Positions 31,874-44,117 of a stretch of 64,000 nucleotides of DNA are shown piece by piece. The notes beneath the pieces are model-generated. The model was not told the DNA's origin. It did not search any database and saw only the letters and a list, made by a program, of their open reading frames with translations. Made by a program: the position numbers and the translations under genes. How positions within the stretch are numbered: position 1 is the stretch's first letter; the number at the start of each line of letters is the position of its first letter. Source of the DNA: the human T2T-CHM13v2.0 reference genome, Homo sapiens; assembly GCF_009914755.1 (NCBI RefSeq), contig NC_060928.1; one strand, given 5' to 3'.

Positions 31874-31960
31874 CAAATGATCCTTGACTTACGATAGGGC
31901 CACTCATTAAACCCATCATAAGTTGAAAATATTGTAAGTAGAAAATGCATTTAATAATCC
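31874..31960. mobile_element. Tigger4/Zombi-like end fragment
   Basis: TCCTTGACTTACGATAGGG...AAACCCATCATAAGTTGAAAATATTGTAAGTAGAAAATGCATTTAATA. Confidence 0.65.
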
Positions 31961-32519
31961 CAATTCATATCTTTATATCTTCAGTTATGTCTGGGTGTTT
32001 TTAGATCCCCACGACTAACTTTTAAGAACTTTTCCTACCTCTATTATTGTCAGCTGTATATTTGGTTTAGTCATACTGGAGGGGCAAGAAACATTTGTAG
32101 AACAGCCAGTTTCTATTGTCAATCGTCCTACCAAAATCCTTGAAGAGATGAATGTCCCTGAATTACTAAAAACAACTGGTTGTTGGTAGCAGCAATGAGA
32201 ATGCTAGCCTGGCAGTGGTGAAGAAGAGGCCTCAGATATGTGAGACTGAGAATTCCTCAATTTACTTCCCACTGTTCAGCAGAGAGCACCCTTCTGTGCT
32301 AAAAGGAGTGTCTAAAACTAGAGTTAACTATGTTTCTCTTCACTCAGCTACTGGTTTGTGAGTTCCTTGAGGTTAGGCACTGTTTCTCATTTGCACAATT
32401 ATTCAATTGATAGCTACAGAAAATAGAATGATTTTTATCTCAGGTCTGTCTGCAAATATTGTGTTCTTATAATCTCAAACAGTTCTGTAGAATTAAAATA
32501 TTTTGTTTCATATAGAGCT

Positions 32520-32682
32520 ATTAAAAATTTTGTTAATTTTACTTTAAGTTTGGGATACATGTGCAGAATCAGGAAACAATAGAGGCTGGTGAGGCTGTAG
32601 AGGAATAGGAACGCCTTTACACTGTTGGTGTGAGTGTAAATTAGTTCAACCATGTGGAAGACAGTGTGGCGATTCCTCAAGG
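32520..32682 (-). mobile_element. Tiny 5'-inverted (twin-primed) L1PA insertion, TSD ATATAGAGCT
   Basis: Minus-strand L1 terminus TTTACTTTAAGTTTGGGATACATGTGCAGAA fused to a plus-strand ORF2-end piece TCAGGAAACAATAGAGGCTGG...TTCCTCAAGG; ATATAGAGCT at 32510-32519 and 32683-32692. Confidence 0.8.
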
Positions 32683-34659
32683 ATATAGAGCTGTTTTTAT
32701 GTGCTGAGACCTTTTAGTATCCCTTTCAAAATTTACCTCCTCCCTCAAGGATAACTTCAAGACTGTTTATATGATAGTGAAATATTTTTTCTTCTTCTTC
32801 TTCTCAGTTTTGAACTAGATGTTTGTTCTCTGATGATATTTGCTGGTTCCTAAAGCCTAAAGAAAATCACAGGGAATAAAATACAGCTCTCTACCTTTGA
32901 AGTCTATCCAATAGCATGGAAGATCTATCACTTCTTTCACCTAAAGTTCCTTTAATTTACTTTCTTGACTGCTAAGGGATGACAATTAAAGCACCCAAGC
33001 TCTAAAATGGAACCCAAAGGTATAATAAAAAACCAAAGAAGCATTCCAAGAAATACTTTTTAAGATTTCACTATGGTTACAAATGTTAAGATTAAGTTTG
33101 TATTTTTTTAAATGCACAATAAAAACAGATTTTTTTTGATAATTCAGGCCAAAATACTTTAACTTGCTATATATTTTAAGTTTTCATAACTCTTGATTAT
33201 AGTTGTAATTCTTTATCATAAAATTTGGATACAGGAAGTTTCAACTTGTTTCAATATATAAATTCCAATTCTATTATAAAGACACAGCATTCCTAGTATT
33301 CTCAAGTTTGCAGTATTTTAACTGAATAGTAATGAAAACAATATGATAATAATGTATGTTTTTTTAAGTAGAGATTATATGATATGTAATACAAGAGAAG
33401 AAGTGAGCCAAATGATAATGTAGAAATAGCCAACCCCATAAATTCTATTTTTCCTCTCTCTCAGAACAAGCAATTTTGCCTATGGATCAAAATAATATTT
33501 CCAGAATGTTATTGATAGCAATCTGTTACCATCTTCATAATCGTCAGAGTATTCGAATTAAGTAAAATATTGTTTGTCTTTGAAACATTAAAATTTTGTC
33601 AGAATATTAAAATATGGAGACATTAACATCTTGCATCGAATTATAAAATGTGTACTCTCTGGTAGCTTCACTATCATTGTAATCTACTTTTATGCTTTTT
33701 GTACCTTGGATTCCAAAGCTTTTATATAAGACATCTTTACTCTAAGTGGTTATTGCAAAGGATAAATAAAACAATGGATGTGAAATTCTGGCTAAGATCT
33801 AGTCTTCATAAATAGTGTTACATTTGATTAATTACCATCTGTTCAGTTAGTGAAATGCAGATTTTATTCAAACATAAGTGAATATTAAGATTCGTATTAA
33901 GTAATGTATACCTGCTTGTATATCTTTTCCCTGCCATTACAGTGGGTTACTTTGGGGATGCCAGAGATATTCCGGCACGTACACCAATATTTCTGAAGTC
34001 CCTGAACACTTTTATCTGAAACTGAAGGCTTCCTAATACATTATTACACATTATTATAATTTACCATCCTGACACCTCTAAATAAGGTCTAGCGTATCAC
34101 TCCAGACCTAGACAATATGGCCAACATAGCATACATACTTGTAGAAAACTCTATCATAACTTACAAAATAAATAAAGTTGTGAAGACAGATTATTTAAGA
34201 TCATTTAACAACTTTTTTACTAAAACACTCTTTGCTTAATAACAAGCAGAAGTGGAGTAATAATAAGTATCCTTCAAGCACTGTCTAATGTGAGGCTTTG
34301 GTACTATCAACCAAAGTTTTAATTTTGTTAGATATATATAACTTATTCCACATTTTTTATACTAACCAAATCAAAATATTTTTCTGAGCTAAAAAAATTG
34401 GATATTTAACTTTGAAAAGAATATATGGTACAAAACATGAAGGATGATACAGAGGAAATAGTATTCTAATACATTACATTCAATGTATGAGCATATTTAC
34501 AACAATATTGGGGCTTTTTGGCCTTTAAAAAACCAATAAACTTTTTGAGTTCTTTGTTGTTGTTTATGAATCAATTATGAACAGAGCAAGTTTGTTATAT
34601 AATGTTTCATTTTGATTTGAATAAAAGAACATGCAATAGATGTTCTAGTTGTTAAGAAA

Positions 34660-35563
34660 GAGTGAGCATACTCTACTCTATCCTTTCTACTGATTACCAT
34701 TAAAAGTCCTGGACAAAACAATACATAAAGCAACTATCACAAGACATTGAAAAGTAAATTAGCACAGAACAACTGGTAGGCAATTAAAAACACTACGTAT
34801 GAAAGTGAGGACTTCTGTAAATCTGTTAATCAATAAAAATAATCAAAATGACGACAACATTTTTCAAAATTTACTTCTTCAAAACTCTGGAGATTAACCA
34901 AAGAGTTAAGAAAACAGAGGAACATTTACTCAAGAAAGACTGCTGAACCTCAGTGCAAACAGGATAATTTATAGCTTTTTAACTTGGCCTATTCCCATCT
35001 TTCACTCCCTGGCTTCACAGTAATCTTGAAAAAACAGTAGGCTCATCACCATGGTAGCTGTGAAAATCAGCAGCTTTGCCACCACTGGAGGAAGAATGAG
35101 ATTCGAGCTCCTCAAAAATTTGTATCCTTAAAGCCTTGTAACTATGTGATCTGTCTTACAGATCTCTGTAAAAATCCCACTTACAGGGCTTCATCACTAT
35201 TTGATCTTACTTGCAGGAAAGCTCTATTCCAAGATCGCAAGGACATTTGTCAAAAATAATCGGTAGCAATTGTTTAACAAGGCATTTCCCTTAAGTTTCA
35301 ATACCAGGTGGGGCAATCAAGAGCCTGGCCAAAAATGTGAAAAGAAGATTTTGGGAATGAGATGCTCATAAATAACATTGAAAGCTCTGACATATACCTG
35401 GAAAACTGGAAAATCACATGCATAGGCAGGGTTGTGTGCATGGTCAGAAAATGCCTAAAGGTCTCCAATCTTTCACTCCTGGGTAACCTTAAGGCTCTGT
35501 ATAAGCAAAGAGTTAAAGCTAAAGTAGAGTTTTAAACTCCTTGAGCACTGAGGCTTATACTCC

Positions 35564-35604
<41 letters not shown>

Positions 35605-37760
35605 CACACACATACGCACACATTCTTAGTCAAGAGCAGCAGACTTATAGTTTCCAGGCATTTAAGAAAATATTGGTACAATCAATAACTGACTACTTGC
35701 CAAACCATGTAGAGACTTCAGTGGATGCACTCTAAGGAGGAATAAACATTAGAGGATTAGTTCAGGAAACTCACTAAATAAAAAACAGTGGAAGCAAAAA
35801 CAATAGTAAAAACAATTAAAAGGCAGCAACAATAAACCTAAGGGAGAGTAGGAGAATCTGATTTCCTGGGTTACAGCATTGTATTTTCTAAAATCTTACT
35901 TTCCAAAAAAATTATGACACATGGAAAATATGAAACACACAAAGAAAAAAAACAATATGGAGAAATTGTGCCTCAGGAGAACAAAAAATTTCTACATTTA
36001 AAGAACAACAACAACAACAACAGAAAACATGTTCAAAGAATTAAAATATGAAAACTGTGTATCACCAAATATAGAATATCAATAAAAATAGTAATTACAA
36101 CAAAGAATTAAATATAAATTCTGAGGCTGAAAAGTAAAGTAACTAAAATAAAAAGAATGTATTAGGAGAACACAACAGTAGATTTGAGATGGCAGGAGAA
36201 TCAGTGAAATTAAAAATATGCCAACTGAGATTATCCATTCTGATTAAAACTAATAAAAAAAAATGAATGGAAAAAAATGAGCAGAGCCTCAGACATGTAT
36301 GGCACACATCCAATACACCAACATAAATCTGATGAAAATCTCCAAAGGACAGGAGAAAGAGAAAGAAGTAGAAAGAATATTTGAAGAAATTATAATCAAA
36401 AGTTTCAAAATGTGTTGGCAAATATTATTCTACACATCTAGAAAATTCAACAAATTTCAATTAGGATAAACTCAAAGACAGTCACACCAACACATCATAG
36501 CCAAATTGTCAAAAGATTGAGAGGAGTAATATTGTCAATATTGAGAGTGGCAAGAGAAAAACAGTTCAACACGTGTAGGAAAACCTCAATAAGATTAATA
36601 TCTAACTTCTTGTCAGAAATAACTGAGACCAAAAGGCAAGAAGACAATGTATTTGAAGTGCTGGAAGAAAAGTTCTGCCAACCAAAAATTTTATATCCAG
36701 GAAAACTATCCTTCAAAGGTGAAAACTAGGTAAAGCTATTCCAGAATAAATGAAAACTGAGATACTTCATAGTTATCAGACCTGCAATACAACGAAAAAA
36801 AAAGAAATAAAACAAACAAACAAAAAATTTAAGGGAGTCCTTTAGGCAAAGAGGAAAGAATGCTAGAAGGCAACTTAAATGCATAACAAGAACTAAAGAA
36901 CATTTGTCAAGTTAAATACACAGGCAATATAAAATATAGTAAAAATGTATTTTTCTTTACTTTTGTCTCCTTCTATCTGATTTAAAGGACAATGGCATAA
37001 AGCAATTATTATGAATCTGTGTTGACTGGCAGAGTATAAACATGTCATTTGAATGACAATAATAGCACAAAGAAGGGATAGGGAATGGAACGATACATGA
37101 GCAAAATTTCTGTATAAAATTAAGTTAGTATTACATTAAGATTTTAATTGTAATCACAAGGACAACCACTAAAAAATGTTTGAAAATATTAAAAGAAATA
37201 ACAATGGAATTAAAGAGGTATACTAGAAAGTATCTATTTAACACAAAGGAAGGCTATAATTAAGTAATAGAAGAAAAGAAAAGACACAAGACATATAGAA
37301 AACAGTAAAAACCAGCAAAAGCTTGATTCAACTAGATGCTACCTACAAGATACACACCTTAGGTTCACAGACAAGTAAGTTAACAGTAAAATGAAAAAAT
37401 ATTCAAAATGCAAATATTTATCAAAAATCTGGAATGACTATATTAATGCCAATAAAATAACCATTATGATAAAAAGTTATAATTGAAACAGAGAAGGATG
37501 CTTTATATGATAAAATGATCAATTCCTTAAGAGGATGTAATAATTATAAAACTATGTGCAACTAATACATAAATACCGTAAGCAAAATACCAAATACAAA
37601 GCAACAATGGACAAAATTGAATACCAAAAATATACAATTCCATATTAATACATGTAGAATTCAACATCTCACCATCAGTAATGAATTGAACTAGTTAGAA
37701 AACGATTAATGGAAGACTTTAATAAAACTATAAACCAACTAGAGCTAACAGATATCTATA
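34660..37760 (+). mobile_element. Ancient L1M 5' region, ORF1 and degenerate ORF2 start
   Basis: ORF 36517..36729 (ILRVAREK...FEVLEEKFCQPKILYPGKLSFKGE) is the ORF1 C-terminal domain; ORF2 endonuclease-like remnants at ~37330-37760. Confidence 0.75.
35565..35622. repeat. (CA)n microsatellite
   Basis: Pure AC run 35565-35602 followed by a degenerate tail. Confidence 0.95.
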
Positions 37761-37761
37761 T

Positions 37762-38268
37762 AACCTGGAGAAAATTATGCTAAGTGAAATAAGCCAGACA
37801 CAGAAGGACAAATTCTACAGGAGACCATTTACATGATGAATCTGAAATAGTCAAAGAAGCAAAGAATGGAATGGTAGATGTCAGGGACAGGGGAAGGGAG
37901 AAACATGGAGATATTCGTCAAAGGGTACAAAGTTTTGGTTATACAAGATGAATAAGTCCTAGAGATCTGCTATACTGAATAGTGCCTATAGTTAAAAATA
38001 CTGTATTGTATACATAAAATTGGGTGAGAAGATAGATGTTAAGTATAATAGATGTTAAGCAAATAATAATAAATAAATAGGGAAGAAGAAAACTTTCGGA
38101 GGTAATGAATTGGTTTATAGCATAGATTGTGTTTCATGCATAGAATTGTTCTATAGCATAGATTGGTTTCACAGGTGCATACTCATCTCCAAATTCATTT
38201 ACTTGTATATATTAAATTTGTGCAGCTTTTTGTATGTCAATCATAACTCAATGAAGAGTTTTCTTTTT
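37762..38268 (+). mobile_element. L1MB1/2-like 3' end
   Basis: ATTATGCTAAGTGAAATAAGCCAGACACAG...CAAAGGGTACAAAGTT...GTATGTCAATCATAACTCAAT. Confidence 0.8.
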
Positions 38269-38387
38269 AAAGGAAGCCCCTCTTTGTCCCATTTTTCTTT
38301 CTTTTCCCTCAAAATAGACAGTAATCATTTCCCCACATTTCTTTATACTTTATTAAGTAACTATATATCTGTAAACATTATTATTTC

Positions 38388-40660
38388 TATCTCAATAGAG
38401 ACAGAAAAAGCATTTGATAAAATCCAGCAAACTTTATGATTAAAACCCTCAGCAAAATGGGCATAAAAGGGACATGCTTTAAGATAATAAAAGCAATCTA
38501 TGACAAACCCACAGCAGATATTATACTGAATGGGGACAAGTTGAAAGCTTTCCCCCTGAGAACTGGAACAAGACAAGGATGCCCACTTTCCCCACTTCTA
38601 TTCAACATAGTACTGGAAATCCTAGCCAGAGGAGTAAGACAAGAGAAAGAAATAAAGGGCATCCAAATCAGTAAAGAGGAAGGCAAACTGCTGCCTTTGC
38701 TGAGGACATGTTCATATACCTAGAAAACCCTAAAGACACATCCAAAACATTGTAAATGAATTCATTTACCAGTAATTACTGGTAAGTGAATTCATCAAAG
38801 TTTCAGGATACATAATTAATGTATAGAAATTGGTAGTCCTGCTATCCACCAACAGCAACCAAGCTGAGAATCAACTCAAGAACTCAACCCCTTTTATGAT
38901 AGCTGCAAAAAATGTATACTTAGGAAGAATATACCTAACTGAAGAGGTGAAAGAATTCTGCAAGGTAAACTACAAAACACTGCTGAAAGAAATTATAGAC
39001 AACACAAACAAATGGAAACACATCACGTGCTTATGGATAAGTAGAATCAATATTGTGAAAATGACCATACTGCCAAAAGCATGTTACAAATTCAATGTAA
39101 TTCCTGTCAAAACACCACCATCATTCTTCACAAAATGAGAAAAAACATCCTAAAATTCATATGGAACCAAAAAAAAGAGCCTGCATAGCTAAAGCAAGAC
39201 TAAACAAAAAGAACAAATATGGAGGTATTACACTACTCTACTTCAAACAATACTATAAGGCTATAGTCACCAAAACAGCATGGTACTGGTATAAAAATAG
39301 GCATATAGACCAATGGAACAGAATAGAGAACCCTGAAGTGAGGCCAAATACTTATAGTTAACTAATCCTCGACAAAGCAAACAAAAACATAAGGTGGGGA
39401 AAGGACACCCTATTCAACAAATGGTGCAAGACACAAGTAGAAGAATGAAACTGGATCCTTATCTCTCATCTTATAAAAACATCAACTCGAGATGGATCAA
39501 AGAGTTAAATCTAAGACCTTCATGAAGCCATGAAAATTCTAGAAGATAACATTGGAAAAACCTTTCTAGACATTAGATTAGGGAAAGACTTCATGACCAA
39601 GAACCCAAAAGCAAATGCAACCAAACAAAGATAAAGAGATGGGACCATTAAACTAAAAAGCTTCTGCACAGCAAAAATAATAATAATAATCAGCAGAGTA
39701 AACAGAAAACCTACAGAGTGGGGAAAAAAATCTTTGCAATCTATACATCTGATAACGACTAATGTCCAGAATCTTAAAGGAACTCAAAAAAAAAAAAAAA
39801 ACAGCAAGAACAATGCAAACAGTTCAATCAAAAAGTGGGTAAATTACATGAATAGAAAATTCTCAAAAGATGATACACAAATGGCCAAGAAACATGAAAA
39901 AATGGTCAACATCACTAATGATCAGGGAAATGCAAATCAAAACCACAATGCAATACCATCTCAGTCTTGCAAGAATGGCCATAACCAAAAAGTCAAAAAA
40001 TAATAGATTTTGGCAGGGATGGAGGGAAAAGGGAACATTTTTATACTACTGGTGGGAATGAAACTAGTACAACCACTATGGAAAACAACGTGGAGATTCC
40101 TTAAAGAACTAAAAGTAGATCTACCATTTGATCCAGCAATCCCACTCCTTGGTATCTACCCAGAGGAAAATAAGTCATTATACGAAAAAGATACTTGCAC
40201 ACACATGTTTATAGCACAATTTGCAACTGTGAAAATATGGAACTAGTGCAAATACCCATTGATCGACGAGTGGATAAAGAAAATGTGATATATATATAAT
40301 GGAATATTACTCAGCCTTAAAAAGGAACAAAATAATTGCATTTGCAGCGACCTGGATGAAATTGGAGATTGTTATTCTAAGTGAAGTAACTCAGAAATGG
40401 AACACCAAACATCTTATGTTGTCACTCTTAAGTGGGAGTTAAATTGAGGATGCAAAGGCCTAAGAATGATACAATTTACTCTGAGGACGCAGGGGAAAGG
40501 GTGGGAGTGGGGTGAGGGATGAAAGACTACACATTTGGTACAGTGTACACTGTTCTGGTGATAGGTGAACCAGAACCTCAGAAATCACCATTAAAGAACT
40601 TATTCATCTAACCAAATACTATGTATTCCTCAAAAACCTATTGAAATAATTTTTAAAAAG
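38388..40660 (+). mobile_element. 5'-truncated L1PB1-like element
   Basis: ORF2 pieces ([21 protein letters not shown]; [19 protein letters not shown]); 3'UTR GTACAGTGTACACTG...GAAATCACCATTAAAGAACTTATTCAT. Confidence 0.9.
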
Positions 40661-40689
40661 AAAGTAGCAAATGCTTTTGACAAATTGAT

Positions 40690-41485
40690 AAGGCTCATAT
40701 AAAACAAAGGGTGGGAAACAAATCCCAAAAATTTTCAAGGATTTGTCACCTTGATAAAATACTTAGGGGTTCAATTATTTGGGGCAAGTTGAGATATCCT
40801 GGGTGAAGGATTATGGGATTATGTCCTTCCTACCATAAACAAAGAAGCACAATATCAACTAGTCCTCTTCGGATTTTGAAACAACACATACCTAATTCGG
40901 GCATTCACTCCAATCCATTTACCAAGTAAGTCCAAAACCACCAGTTCTGAATGGGGGGTCCTGGACAAGAGAAAGATATGAAATAAGTCTAGGCTTCAGT
41001 GGAAATTGACCTGCCAGTGGACCATAAGAACCAACAGATCCAATTATATTTGAAGCATGTCTGGTAGATAGTGAAGTATGGAATCATTGAAAAGTGAATG
41101 ATAGCAAGGAATCTGAAGATTTTGAAAAACGCTTCACCATCCTCTGTAAATAAATAACAATTCTTATTTTGAGAAATAGCATCTGGCTTGCTATTGGGCT
41201 TTAGTAGAGACTTAGCCCTTGATTGTGAACCACCAAGTCATGTGATGTGAATTGCTCATGAAATCTGTGTAGTATCTGATTTATTGAACTACTTCCACGA
41301 TGGAAAGAACTGCACATTGTTCTCACTAGTGTAGATATTTATTCTGCATATAGAATTGCCTTTCCTGCCCGCGATGCCAAAACCAACATCCACTGATTTA
41401 CAGAATGCTTTATACAACATCATATTATCCCTCACAGCATTGTTTCTGATCAAGGAACTTATTATCCAGCAAAGAAGGTGAGGCC
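40690..41485 (+). mobile_element. ERVL (ERVL-E/HERV-L-like) pol fossil: RT/RNase H and integrase-core pieces
   Basis: GGGTGGGAAACAAATCC (GWE.NP), AAAGAAGCACAA, CAGATCCAAT; integrase-like GCCTTTCCTGCC and CCTCACAGCATTGTTTCTGATCAAGGAACT (PHSIVSDQGT). Confidence 0.75.
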
Positions 41486-41563
41486 TATGAAAAACTAATA
41501 ATTACAAATATCTCTGTATTTAGTCCAAGAAATATGCAATTATTATAAAACTTTAAAATATAA

Positions 41564-41937
<374 letters not shown>

Positions 41938-43080
41938 AAGAGTACTTTTATTGAGCAGTGACTGTGTTCCTGACTTCTACTAGGATATAGAAATAAAGAA
42001 AAGACATATTCCCTGTCCTATAGAAAATAAATTTTAAATGCATAAAAATTTCAGGAAATAATAAAAATTATACCCGAAGTCCTATAAACAATGGGCTTCA
42101 TGAAATATTTTACCATGTGTAGTGTTCCATTATGTGAAGTATGCCTTAAAGGCCAAACACTATTTTAAGCATTTTAATATATATTAGATAGAAGAAAACC
42201 CCTTTTTCAGAAACAGACAAACGTAAAAGCTTCAGGCCATCAAATGAAGCCAAACAACTTCATCTCCAGATCTAATTTTCTTATACAATTTATTAATACT
42301 TACATACAACCAACTACTTACTGGGCCCTAACTTAAGCTCCTTATAAATATTTATGAGGATTTGATCCAATATAAGTTAATTCTTAAATTACAGCATATT
42401 TTCCTGATGACTCATCCTATTGAATAATGTAGTTATGATGGCATTGTAGGAGTCTGAAAGAAATGTGTTCCAAAGTGGGCTTCGGAAGGGTTCTGGGTGC
42501 ATCACAAAATCAGTCATTTTGGAAGTGTACCCCAATCTGTGCCCTATTGCCTTCACTCACACGACTCATTCCCTCTCGATTTCTCCAAACCACAAGGCAG
42601 AGACAGAGTGTTCCTCCATCCTTAAAATTGACACCAAAGATTTATAAAAGACAATTTTGCATATCAACCTCTACACTACTGATTCCCAAAAGCATGATTC
42701 AACACAAGAGGGACACACATAATTGGAAAAGTCATATTCAATATACTTATTTTACTTGAAATAATGATTAATAAGCCCATCTTGGATGTTAAGAAAACAC
42801 AGGAGATAGAGCAAGAAATTGGTGCAAGAACAAAATATGTTAGGAATTATGGCTATATTAAAAGTGGCCTAGTTTTTCTATGAGGTTACCTGTTGGGGTC
42901 CCACATGTGTGTGTCCAGGTGCATGATTAGTTCTGGGGCACCCTATATACTCTCCCCCAGGGCTTTTTGTTTGAAAGTTTTTGCTAAGGCTTTCTTTTTT
43001 TCTGCTTATAGTCCAAATCTCTCCTTAGGAATAAAAAACTCAAAAGACTACACGAATATGCGAAAAGATGTATTGCATAT

Positions 43081-43236
43081 TTCTTTTCTGAAGACAGGGT
43101 CTCACTCTATTGCGCAGACTGAAGTGCAGTGAGATAATCATAGTTTATTGCAATCTTGAATTTCTTAGCTCAAGTCATCCTCCACTTCAGCCTTCCAAGG
43201 TGCTGGGATTACAGGCATGAGACACTGTGCCTAGCT
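43081..43236 (-). mobile_element. Free Alu monomer (FRAM/FAM-like)
   Basis: AGACAGGGTCTCACTCT...GCTCAAGTCATCCTCC...GCTGGGATTACAGGCATGAG; ~155 bp. Confidence 0.75.
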
Positions 43237-44117
43237 GACTTGTGTATTCTTTTACCCTAAATTTTCTTACCACAGTTTTTTTTTAAAAAGCAGAACATTC
43301 ATTGACTTTATAAAGAAGTTAGAATTATTATAAAGGCGTAGTGAATCAATCTTGAATGAGTTAGTGTAGTTGAGGGAACTATGAATCAGACTTGAATAAA
43401 CTCCCTTCTCTGCATGTCATCTGTTCTATAGCCAGCACCAAACTTAAAGAATAAATATAAAGAAAACACAATTGCAATATTCAAAAAAATCTCTAGAACT
43501 CAAAACTGAAAATTAAGTGAAGAGGATCTTGAAAGCTTGCTTCTTTCCTCTGTATCTTTAAGAGTTAATAGAAACCATATGGCCCATGTAGTTCTCTGCC
43601 CCAAGGCAATTTCTCCCTTTTCTTCAGTGGGCATTCATATCTAGTACCTCCAGGTGTCAATACAATTATGAATTTTAGAAAATGTATTAAGATTCTATGT
43701 TCAGAATAGCACTGACTTTTCAAAGAGCCCAGTAACAATATTATTGTTCATCTCTGCATTTTTCTGAACCTGTAAGGTTTTCTTAAAGGAGGACTCTCAC
43801 TCTGTCTCCCAGGCTGAAATACAGTGGCCTGGGGGGACGGAGATATACATAATATTTCAGTTTTGTAATTTTTATTTCTATGGTGTGGGTGGCTATAGTA
43901 TTGTTACATTACTTTCTACATTTTATATAATAAAATATTAAATTAAGAAATAGAAAATAAGACCATGATTAAATAAATCAAACGGCCAGTAATTGGCTAA
44001 TATATACTAGGATGTATAATACAATTTCTGGATCTTAGCTAATGGTGGAGATGAACAAATGAAAGATTCCATGTATGATCATTGACTATTAGGATCTCAA
44101 GGCCCAGCTAAATGACA

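Noticed and set aside
42406-42416. AP-1 palindrome GATGACTCATC (also ATGACTCAT at 54273-54281)
   Set aside because: Isolated short motifs are expected by chance in 64 kb; there is no cluster or other enhancer evidence.
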